Shown one piece after another: positions 45,846 to 53,900 of a stretch of DNA of 64,000 nt. Position 1 is the first letter of the stretch. Every line of letters begins with the position of its first letter. The notes under the pieces are model-generated. The model was not told where the DNA came from, ran no database searches, and was given only the letters and a program-made list of their open reading frames with translations. Made by a program: the position numbers and the translations under genes. Origin of the DNA: Dehalococcoidia bacterium (GTDB taxonomy: Bacteria; Chloroflexota; Dehalococcoidia; Lucifugimonadales; Australimonadaceae); NCBI GenBank assembly GCA_965220225.1, contig OZ244813.1, positions 1,095,560 through 1,159,559 on the forward strand, written 5' to 3'.

Positions 45846-46907
45846 ATGCCCGTCATCGACGCAGATACCCACATCGACGAACCGGAAGAGGCCTGGCAGT
45901 ACATGGATGGAGCAGCCGCGCGGTTCCGCCCCGTGACGATCTCGCCGCCCGAGGGCGTGGTGCCCGGCGGGATGGACGCCTCGGCGAGCCGGTGGTGGCT
46001 CGTGGACGGCAGGCTCCGCCAGCGGATGATCCGCAACGACGAATTGACCGGCTCGACGCTCAACTCGCGCGAGTTGCTGGACGTGAACGAGCGGCTGCAG
46101 CACATGGACGACCGCGGGGTCGACATCCACGTCATCTACCCGACGTTCTTCCTCTCCTACATCACCGGCAACCCGGAGGCCGAGCGCGCGCTGGTCGACA
46201 GCTGGAGCCGCTATGTCTCCAGCAGGTGCGCGCCGACCGAGGGACGGCTGCGGTGGGTCGCCGTTCCGCCGCTGCTGGACATCGACGCGGCGGTGAGCTA
46301 CCTGCGCTGGGCGAAGGAGAACGGCGCGGTGGGCGTGTTCAAGCGCGGGCTGGAGCACGGCAGGCGCGTGAGCGACCCCTACTTCTTCCCGCTGTACGAG
46401 GAGGCGAGCGCGCTGGACATGCCGATCTGCATCCACACGGGGAACGGCAACCCCACGGACGCGCGGCTCGGCCACGGCGACAGCCTCGGCGGCATCCCCA
46501 TCATGGACGCGTTCCACGCGCTGGTGCTCTACGAGGTGCCGGACAAGTTCCCGAACATCCGCTGGGGCTTCATCGAGGCGGGCTCGACGTGGATCCCGTA
46601 CGTGGTGGACCGTCTGAAGGCCGAGAAGAAGCGGCGGTCGTGGATACGGAAGTTCGAGATGGGAGAGAACCTGTTCAAGAGGAACAAGTTCTTCGTGGCC
46701 GTGGACGCGGTCGAGGACATCTCCTACGTCCTGGAGTACGGCACCGAAGACCACCTGATGATGGGCACCGACTACTCGCACTTCGACACGTCGGCTGAGC
46801 CTGACGCGATCGACGCGGTGCGCCGCTGGGCGTCGGAGGGCCGCATCAGCGACACGGTGGCGCGGAAGATCCTGGAGGACAACCCGAAGGAGTTCTACGG
46901 GCTGTAA
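45846..46907 (+). CDS. amidohydrolase family protein (Amidohydro_2)
   Basis: Internal ATG 45846 preceded by ggggagg (MPVIDADTHIDEPEEAW...). GTDYSHFD near the C-terminus. Confidence 0.85.
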   Translation: MPVIDADTHIDEPEEAWQYMDGAAARFRPVTISPPEGVVPGGMDASASRWWLVDGRLRQRMIRNDELTGSTLNSRELLDVNERLQHMDDRGVDIHVIYPTFFLSYITGNPEAERALVDSWSRYVSSRCAPTEGRLRWVAVPPLLDIDAAVSYLRWAKENGAVGVFKRGLEHGRRVSDPYFFPLYEEASALDMPICIHTGNGNPTDARLGHGDSLGGIPIMDAFHALVLYEVPDKFPNIRWGFIEAGSTWIPYVVDRLKAEKKRRSWIRKFEMGENLFKRNKFFVAVDAVEDISYVLEYGTEDHLMMGTDYSHFDTSAEPDAIDAVRRWASEGRISDTVARKILEDNPKEFYGL

Positions 46908-46914
46908 GAGGGGA

Positions 46915-46943
46915 AATGGGCTGGGCCATAGAAGCCCAGCCCA
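46915..46943. other. 11-bp stem-loop between convergent genes
   Basis: ATGGGCTGGGC catagaa GCCCAGCCCAT. There is no U-tract on either side. Confidence 0.5.
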
Positions 46944-46952
46944 TCCACCCCA

Positions 46953-48083
46953 TCACCTAAGCGCTTGGGGAAAGACGCGTTCAGTGGCACTGAACGCGTC
47001 GACAAGCTCCTCTCGTAGAGTTCGCTCTTTCTCAGGGTCTTGATCCAACCGAAGGCCAAGCAGGTGTTTGATGAGGTTGGCAGTCTTCCGGCGGGCTGCG
47101 CGTGCGATAGCGATACGACCGGCGAAGAGGGCGATTCCTTCCCACTGCGGAGATGCTAGTTCCCAATTGATCTTGGGAAGCCACTCCGTCAGGAAGTCCT
47201 TCCAGTCGTCCGGTCTCTCCTCAATGGCAGCTTTGATGGCCTCGGCAAGAGCTTCGAAGCCTAAGCCGCTCACGTAGACGTACCGCTTCCTAAGTGCACC
47301 AGCCGTTGTGGTCCCTGCCTCAAGTTCGCTGATCCCGGGTAGCGCCCGGATAGCTGTGTCCCACATGTCGGCGAGGTAGCGAACATCGCTGTCTAGGTCG
47401 CCGTCGAGTAACCCGACGAGGATTTTCACAGCTTCGTACAGGCTAGCAATCGTCACGATATGCGGTGACCTCTCTGACAGCGAGGAGCCGGTGAGATTGA
47501 CCCTGTCGTGCAGGCAGCGCGACTGGTTCACGAGTTCCTTGGCAAGAAGGGCCTCCCGCTCTCGGTGCTCAAACATGATGTTGAGCGCTTTGGGCGTGGG
47601 CTTAGCGTTCCTGTTGAGGTCGGAGAAGAGCTGCTGCGAGGAATCGACACTCTTGTGAGGGACGATGACCATACCAATGTGCTCACGTGCGAGATCGGGT
47701 GACTTCGTTACAGCGAGTTCAATGGACTTGAGCCGATGTTGTCCATCTAATGCCTCTAGGTGTTCCGACCCTTCCAGCTCAACCCAGCCAGTGAGAGATT
47801 CTTCCTCGTCCGGTACGAAACGTACCTCGTGTCTGACTTCACCCGGCCGAACGTGTTCGACGACAAGCGCATTGTAGAAATGGTCGTCGTTCTCTGTAAG
47901 GTACGGCACCATCTCCGTCCGAATCCTGGCGTTGTTGAGAGGCCGCTGCTGTCGGATCGCGACGGGCCAGTCCCGTCCGTCCTCTTTGTACTCGACTATC
48001 CTGGCAACCTCACCGAAGGTGGCGGTCGTCAGGAAAAACTCGGTTTTACCCATGTGCCCGCGGAGGGCTCGTAAGCGAATCAT
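46953..48083 (-). CDS. DGQHR-domain protein (DndB-like, ParB/Srx-fold)
   Basis: Motif EALDGQHRLKSIE; also FSDLNRNAKPT. ATG 48083 lies 7 nt after aaggaga. Visibly lower GC than the flanks. Confidence 0.8.
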   Translation of the reverse strand: MIRLRALRGHMGKTEFFLTTATFGEVARIVEYKEDGRDWPVAIRQQRPLNNARIRTEMVPYLTENDDHFYNALVVEHVRPGEVRHEVRFVPDEEESLTGWVELEGSEHLEALDGQHRLKSIELAVTKSPDLAREHIGMVIVPHKSVDSSQQLFSDLNRNAKPTPKALNIMFEHREREALLAKELVNQSRCLHDRVNLTGSSLSERSPHIVTIASLYEAVKILVGLLDGDLDSDVRYLADMWDTAIRALPGISELEAGTTTAGALRKRYVYVSGLGFEALAEAIKAAIEERPDDWKDFLTEWLPKINWELASPQWEGIALFAGRIAIARAARRKTANLIKHLLGLRLDQDPEKERTLREELVDAFSATERVFPQALR

Positions 48084-48321
48084 GCTGGTTCTCCTTATGG
48101 CTGGTGGTCTGCTGGTATGAGACACGTTGCGCCAGACTTGTGGTGCCTTCCTACGAGGGGGGGCGTGGTGGGCCGCGCAGGTGAAGGCAGAAGCCTGACG
48201 AATCGACGCTCTCCGGCTGGGAACCAGCATGCGGTATGCCGTACGTACATTGCATCTGTCTGTACCTCTGGATGGATTGTACGTACGTACAACAAGGCTG
48301 TCAACCCCTGCCTTAGAAGTG

Positions 48322-48350
48322 CCCCCGCGACGCGCGGGGGTTTACCTTTT
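48322..48350 (+). terminator. intrinsic-terminator-like hairpin oriented for plus-strand transcription
   Basis: CCCCCGCG acg CGCGGGGG followed by TTTACCTTTT. There is no plus-strand CDS upstream. Confidence 0.5.
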
Positions 48351-48393
48351 AGTCCTTCTGGTCCCGACCGTTCGCCGCCGGACGTCGGCCGCG

Positions 48394-49119
48394 CTAGCTG
48401 GCGTCCCGCCGTCCGCGGAACCAGAGCAGGAGCGTGAGGGCGAGCAGGAGAGCAGCCCCGCCTCCCAGCGTCACGATGGCCAGCGGCGACCCGTTCAGCA
48501 GGCCGTCGTACCGGGACAGGACCGCGGCGAGGGCGACTATCAGGCCGGCGAGCAGCAGCCCGGCTGCGATGAGGCCGACGAGCATGATGCTCTCGTACCG
48601 CATGACCAAGCGCTTGTCCATCGCTCCCACGCCCCGCGACAGCATCCGGCGTTCCAGTCCCTTCATCCCCACGATGCGGTGCAGGACGACCAACCCGACC
48701 AGGCATGCGACGAAGAGCGTCATGTCCAGGTAGGCCGAGCGGTCGCCCACCAGCTCCTCCTGGAACTCGAGCAGCTCGTGCCACCCGATGCGGTTGTGGG
48801 ACCATGCCGGCGCGGCGTGGGGCAGGACGGCTACCAGCGCTACCAGCCAGAACGCGACGCGGTCGCGCCCAAGGGCCTGCAGCCCCCAGTACGCCGCCAG
48901 GCCGAAGGCGACCACGAACAAGGGCTGCCAGGGGACGGAGAAGAGCAGGAGTTCATCCGCGCGCTCCATCCACGCGGGTGCTTGTACGTACAGGACGAAG
49001 CCCATGTCCCACAGTACGTAGGCCGCGAGCAGCAGCAGGCCGGACAGCAGCAGCGACTCCGCTGCTACGAACCTGACGCCACCGCCGTTCCAGGCCGGTC
49101 TACCGAGAGATCTCAACAT
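48394..49119 (-). CDS. hypothetical polytopic membrane protein (241 aa), last gene of the MoxR cluster
   Basis: Internal ATG 49119 overlaps the DUF58 gene end by 20 nt. About 6 hydrophobic segments. Confidence 0.6.
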   Translation of the reverse strand: MLRSLGRPAWNGGGVRFVAAESLLLSGLLLLAAYVLWDMGFVLYVQAPAWMERADELLLFSVPWQPLFVVAFGLAAYWGLQALGRDRVAFWLVALVAVLPHAAPAWSHNRIGWHELLEFQEELVGDRSAYLDMTLFVACLVGLVVLHRIVGMKGLERRMLSRGVGAMDKRLVMRYESIMLVGLIAAGLLLAGLIVALAAVLSRYDGLLNGSPLAIVTLGGGAALLLALTLLLWFRGRRDAS

Positions 49120-50431
49120 GACGCACCAGGACCGACGTGAACTCTTCCTTCGCAGGTTCCCATTCGATGACCGACGCCCCGGCGTCCCGGAGTTCCCTGG
49201 CGACGAAGCGCGTCTCCCACCGGGACAGCCCCAGTCCCTGCGACTCTTCGGCGGACTCCTGCGGGTCAACGTGCACCACCCGGACCGTGCTGTAGCGCCC
49301 GGAGAGGGTGCCGAGGGACGCAAGGCGGGTGACCGCCGACTTGAAACGGTCGAATGAGCCGGCCGCGTCCCCGGGTCTCATGTAGTGGACGTCCAGCCGC
49401 GTGATGACGTAGACGGCAGGCTGCAGCCGGAAGAGGAAGCTCTTGCACCGTTCCACAGCCTGCAGCAGGTCTTCCTCGGGCGGGCCCGGTCGCAGGCCGG
49501 CCAGCATCTGTATGAGGCGGTTGAACTGGCGCTTCCCCGCCTCGGGCGTCAGCAGGACACCCCTGCCGTCGTAGCTGTTGTAAGCGTAGGCGCCGAGCGT
49601 GGAACCCTGTGCGAGGTAGTACTGGGCCAGCGTGCCCGACGCCTCCACGGTGTTCTCCAGGGGGTTGGACAACGGGACGCCGACGTCCATGTAGTCCGCC
49701 ATGTCCAGGAATATCCAGACCCCCTTCCGGGTCTCCGGCTCCACGTCGTTGACCAGGGGGAGGTTGTCGGCCCTGGTCCCTCGCGCGCTGGCCTTCCAGT
49801 TGATGCGCTTGAAGGGGTCGCCCGGCAGGTAGGGCCGCAGCTCGCGGAAATCGTCCGTGGCGGCCCCCGTGCGGGCGAGGTCGCCCATGTACCGGCCATA
49901 CCTGCCCACGCCGCGGACGGCGTTCAGCCGCGTGATGCTGCGTATGCGCGGCACGACGGAGACCTGGTACGCGGGGCCGGAGGAGCCTGAAGCGCCCTGG
50001 TTGACGCCGAAGGGCGCGCGCGACTCCCAGCCGGTCTCCTCCAGCGTGAACATACCTCGCTTCGAGAACTGCACCTCGTACGAGACGTCCGTGGCGCGGC
50101 TCCCCGGCCATCGCCACACCACGCGCAGGTTGCTTCCGCTCACCACCCGGGCTTCGGGAGGCAGGTCGTCGTGCACGAAGATGGGGCCGATGCCGCCCCT
50201 CGCCGTCAGCCACCGCTCGACGGTGAGGGTGTCGCCGACCCAGCAGGCGACCTTCGCCAGGCTTCGCGTCACGACGATGCCGGAGGGCGGCGGGAGGGCG
50301 GTGGACAGCAGGGCCGCGACCAGGACGAAGACTGCCCCGGCGAGAAGGACCACGTTGCCCAGTATCAGCCCCAGCACGAGGAAGACGAGGGCGACGGCGA
50401 TCCAACTCAATTGGGACGGCTGGTATCTCAC
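49100..50431 (-). CDS. DUF58-domain protein (MoxR-associated, vWA-like)
   Basis: DUF58 signature FRELRPYLPGDPFKRINWKASAR. Two N-terminal TM segments. The GTG start overlaps the moxR TAG by 1 nt. Confidence 0.85.
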   Translation of the reverse strand: MRYQPSQLSWIAVALVFLVLGLILGNVVLLAGAVFVLVAALLSTALPPPSGIVVTRSLAKVACWVGDTLTVERWLTARGGIGPIFVHDDLPPEARVVSGSNLRVVWRWPGSRATDVSYEVQFSKRGMFTLEETGWESRAPFGVNQGASGSSGPAYQVSVVPRIRSITRLNAVRGVGRYGRYMGDLARTGAATDDFRELRPYLPGDPFKRINWKASARGTRADNLPLVNDVEPETRKGVWIFLDMADYMDVGVPLSNPLENTVEASGTLAQYYLAQGSTLGAYAYNSYDGRGVLLTPEAGKRQFNRLIQMLAGLRPGPPEEDLLQAVERCKSFLFRLQPAVYVITRLDVHYMRPGDAAGSFDRFKSAVTRLASLGTLSGRYSTVRVVHVDPQESAEESQGLGLSRWETRFVARELRDAGASVIEWEPAKEEFTSVLVRHVEISR

Positions 50432-51417
50432 TACGGCGCGGCCCGTCCTATCTCGCCGGGTACGGGCACCTCCGACAGGAGGTCCTCGACGACGAGGTCG
50501 CCGCGGACGCCCTCCAGCGTGTCTTCGATGTTCAGGATGATGCGGTGCGCGAGCACGTCGGGCACTAGCATCTTGACGTCGTCGGGCACGACGAAGTCCC
50601 TGCCGTGGATCAGGGCCATCGCTCGCGATGCCCTCAGCAGGGCCAGCGAACCCCGGGGGCTGACGCCGACCGCCACCCGCGCGTGCTCACGGGAGAGCCG
50701 CACCAGTTGCGTGATGTAGTCCACGATGAGCCGGTCGGTGTAGACGCCGGTCTCCACGAACTGCTGCAGCTCCACGAAGCGGCGCACGTCGACCGCCGGC
50801 TCTATGTCCGCAGTGGGGTCATCCTTCTGCCAGTGGATGCGCCTCAGGAGGATGTCGTTCTCCAGCGCCGCGTTGGCCGGATATCCCGCGGAGAGCTTGA
50901 GGAGGAAGCGGTCCAGCTGGGCTTCAGGCAGCGGGTACGTGCCCTCCTGTTCGATGGGGTTCTGCGTTGCGATGACCACGAAGGGGAACTCCAGGCCCAT
51001 GGTCTTCCCGTCGATGGTGACCTGGCGCTCCTCCATGGCCTCCAGCAGCGCGGACTGGGTCTTGGGCGGGGCGCGGTTGATCTCATCGGCCAGCAGCACG
51101 TTGGTGAACACGGGGCCGGGCATCATCTGGAATGTCCCGTCGTTCTGCCGCCAGACGTTCATCCCGAGGATGTCGGAGGGGAGCAGGTCCGGCGTGAACT
51201 GGACACGCTTGGTGTCCCCGCCGATCGCCCGGGCGAATACCTTGGCGAGGAGCGTCTTCCCGAGTCCGGGGAAGTCCTCGAACAGCACGTGGCCGTTGGC
51301 CAGGGCCGCCGCCAAGAGCTTCCGCAGGAGCAGGCGATTGCCGACGAATGCCTCGGCGACGCGGTCGATGATCTGTTCGCAGGAGAGACGCGCCTCTTCC
51401 AGTTCTTTCTCGTTCAT
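50431..51417 (-). CDS. moxR: MoxR-family AAA+ ATPase
   Basis: Walker A FPGLGKTLLAK, Walker B LLADEINRAPPKTQSALLEAMEE. 328 aa. Confidence 0.92.
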   Translation of the reverse strand: MNEKELEEARLSCEQIIDRVAEAFVGNRLLLRKLLAAALANGHVLFEDFPGLGKTLLAKVFARAIGGDTKRVQFTPDLLPSDILGMNVWRQNDGTFQMMPGPVFTNVLLADEINRAPPKTQSALLEAMEERQVTIDGKTMGLEFPFVVIATQNPIEQEGTYPLPEAQLDRFLLKLSAGYPANAALENDILLRRIHWQKDDPTADIEPAVDVRRFVELQQFVETGVYTDRLIVDYITQLVRLSREHARVAVGVSPRGSLALLRASRAMALIHGRDFVVPDDVKMLVPDVLAHRIILNIEDTLEGVRGDLVVEDLLSEVPVPGEIGRAAP

Positions 51418-51464
51418 GGGTGGGTCACCCTCCCGGCGTCAGCGAGCATCGTTCCCATCAGCAT
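51414..51464 (-). CDS. candidate 16-codon upstream ORF overlapping the moxR start (MLMGTMLADAGRVTHP)
   Basis: AAGGAGG lies 6 nt upstream of ATG 51464. Its TGA overlaps the moxR ATG (ATGA). Confidence 0.35.
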   Translation of the reverse strand: MLMGTMLADAGRVTHP

Positions 51465-51482
51465 AGCCAACCTCCTTATGCG

Positions 51483-53900
51483 TCATCGCGCTCCCGTGCG
51501 TACTGCGCTTCCGAAGAGCGCCGCAACCGCGTCGTTGACGAGTTCGATGCGGCGCAGCGCGGTGTTCGATCCGGTGTTCGACCGGCGCCAGGCGAGCCAT
51601 CGCGGGGCCGGTGTGTCGAGCAGCGAGAACCAGCGGTCAACGGCGTCTTCGGGGCTGCCGCCCCCCTGGCAGTGAGCGACCATCAGCGCCACAGCCAGCG
51701 GTTCCGGGTCCGTTCCCCTGTCGATGAAGGAGTCAGCCGCTCTCCGGACGTGGTCCTCGTCGAGGCGTTCGGACTCAGGGGCGCGAGCGGCCAGCGCCCA
51801 GCCCGCCGTGTCCAGGGAGTGTTCCAGTGCGGCTGTCCTCTTCTCCCTCGTGCCGCTGCGGAAAGCCCTCCACACCGGAGGCGCGGCAGCGCCGGAGCGC
51901 AGGGAGCGGCACGCCGCGAGCATCGCGTCCACCGAAGCGCCGCCGCGGTAGAGCAGGCCGAACAGGTATGTCCACAGCGGCTTCCAGTCGCCGCGGTCGA
52001 CGAACCGCTGCCGCAGCGCGTCCGTCAGCTCGGCGCGAGGGTCAGGCTTGCTCTCGAGGACCTGTTGATGGTGGGACCAGTCCGTCCAGGCGGGTCCGGC
52101 GGTCCCGGGCGCATCGGCGACGAGCCGCAGCCTGTTGAGGACGTTCATCAGGACCGCCAGCAGAAGCACGAGGAGCGCCGTGTATTCGAAGAGCGCGGCG
52201 AACCAGAGCATCTCGTAGACCACGGGCCGGAGCATCAGCACGTAGAAGGCGAGGGACGCGCCGAGCACGAAGCCCCGGACCTGGGACGCGGCGAGCCAAC
52301 CCGCGACGTCGGACAGGGCCGGACTGGAGGAGGCCGCAGCGTAGCGCGCCAACTGCGTCAGCGCCAGCGAGAACATCCCTGCGGCAGTGATAGCTCCACC
52401 GAAAGTGAAGCCGTGTCCGAACGTGGCCAGGCCGGAGGCCGTGAGCCAGGTGAGCGAACCCACAGCGAAGTAGCTCACCGCGGACAGCATCGACCGGTAG
52501 TGGTGGAAGGTGCGTCCCTCCAGCACGCGGGGCAGGAGCAGCATCGCGGTTGCCGTGAACGACAGCCAGGTGATGGAGAGCCGGGACTCGTAGAAGCCTC
52601 CGAGGAACGGCAGGAGCGATTCGCCAAGCTCCTGCGTTCCGGGACGGTCGAGCAGCACGGCGTTGGCGATGGGGAGGTGGGCGAGCACAGCCCCGGCGAC
52701 GAGCGCCAGGGCCGCGGCGAGGGCCAGTGCGCTCAGCGCTTTCGACGCGTTCGCCGCAGGCAGCGCATACCGCTCAGGGACCTCGATGCCCGTGACGTTC
52801 CGCAGCACCATCGCTGCGTAGGAGAGCGCCGAGGCGAGGATGAGCGTAGCGAACATCCCCGAAACGTCGACCGCGAAGGCCGTCGAGACGACACCGCTGC
52901 CGGAGAAGACGACGTACAGAGCGGCCAGCAGGGCGAGGTGTCCGACGGGCGTACCGAGGATGGATGCGACGCCAGGGCGGAGCACTCCGGCGTAATGGAT
53001 GAGCGCGAAGGGGAGCAGCACGGCCAGGGTCTGCACGAGCGAGAGCGAGCGGAGGACCGCCGCGTACGCCGCGTCGGCAGAGGCGGTGGATGCGTTCCCT
53101 GCGGTGAGGGACAGGAGCGCCATCGCGCCCCACAGCACGACGACCCACGCGGCCTCGGTCGCGTAGAGGGCCCTGCGGAGTCCCGGCAGGCGCTCAGGCG
53201 GCCTGACCGCCATGAGGCGCCGGATGACCAACGCGGCGTAAGACAACCCCGCCGCGAGCGCGAACCCCAGCAGAGCGATGGCGCCGTCCAGGGCGAACGC
53301 CGTAGAGAGCGCGCCGTTGTCGCCGAGTACGGCGTAGGCGGCAACGAAGGCCGCAAGGTGCCTTCGAGGAAAGCCGACGAGCGCGGCGGTCTCCGGGCGG
53401 ACGTCCGTTACCGCTCGGGCGGCGATGAAGGGGGCCAGCAGGACTATGCCCCACGGCGCGAGCGAGTCCAGACCGCCGAGATACGGGCCAAGGGAGGAGA
53501 TGTCCGGGGTCCAGGGATGCCCTGCGATCACGCCCGGCAGTTCGGATGCGGATGCCAGCACGCCCAGGCCCAGCGCCGCCCAACCGAGGTCGGTCAGCGC
53601 CCGCCGGGCGACCGGAAGCGCCTCATCCAGCCGCAGCACGCGGTCCGGCGCCCCGCGGGTCCGCATACGCCAGGCGACGCGCCCGGCCAGCGCGGTCCCC
53701 TGGAGCCAGAGCGTGAGCCTGGCGAGGGCCAGCAGGACCCCAAGCAGCGCCACCGGGAGGGAGAGGGAACCCAGGTCCAGCCGTAGCAGCCGGGAGAGCG
53801 GGCTGTCCGCGTCCCATAACAGGACGAGCGCCACCAGCGTGCCGCCCGCCAGGAGCGCGGCAGCCATCGCCGGGCGTTGCGCAAGGGTGGCGGTCCTCAT
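51483..53900 (-). CDS. hypothetical large polytopic membrane protein (805 aa) with internal repeats and a C-terminal soluble domain
   Basis: The ATG overlaps the upstream TGA (ATGA). Repeated units ...STAFALD...LSYAALVIRR...PPER / ...STAFAVD...LSYAAMVLRN...VPER. Confidence 0.75.
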   Translation of the reverse strand: MRTATLAQRPAMAAALLAGGTLVALVLLWDADSPLSRLLRLDLGSLSLPVALLGVLLALARLTLWLQGTALAGRVAWRMRTRGAPDRVLRLDEALPVARRALTDLGWAALGLGVLASASELPGVIAGHPWTPDISSLGPYLGGLDSLAPWGIVLLAPFIAARAVTDVRPETAALVGFPRRHLAAFVAAYAVLGDNGALSTAFALDGAIALLGFALAAGLSYAALVIRRLMAVRPPERLPGLRRALYATEAAWVVVLWGAMALLSLTAGNASTASADAAYAAVLRSLSLVQTLAVLLPFALIHYAGVLRPGVASILGTPVGHLALLAALYVVFSGSGVVSTAFAVDVSGMFATLILASALSYAAMVLRNVTGIEVPERYALPAANASKALSALALAAALALVAGAVLAHLPIANAVLLDRPGTQELGESLLPFLGGFYESRLSITWLSFTATAMLLLPRVLEGRTFHHYRSMLSAVSYFAVGSLTWLTASGLATFGHGFTFGGAITAAGMFSLALTQLARYAAASSSPALSDVAGWLAASQVRGFVLGASLAFYVLMLRPVVYEMLWFAALFEYTALLVLLLAVLMNVLNRLRLVADAPGTAGPAWTDWSHHQQVLESKPDPRAELTDALRQRFVDRGDWKPLWTYLFGLLYRGGASVDAMLAACRSLRSGAAAPPVWRAFRSGTREKRTAALEHSLDTAGWALAARAPESERLDEDHVRRAADSFIDRGTDPEPLAVALMVAHCQGGGSPEDAVDRWFSLLDTPAPRWLAWRRSNTGSNTALRRIELVNDAVAALFGSAVRTGAR

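Noticed and set aside
48084-48230. An upstream in-frame ATG at 48230 would give a 425-aa DGQHR protein.
   Set aside because: The 49-aa extension is Arg/Pro/Ser-rich junk running through the hairpin-rich noncoding segment. ATG 48083 has an AAGGAGA SD at ideal spacing.
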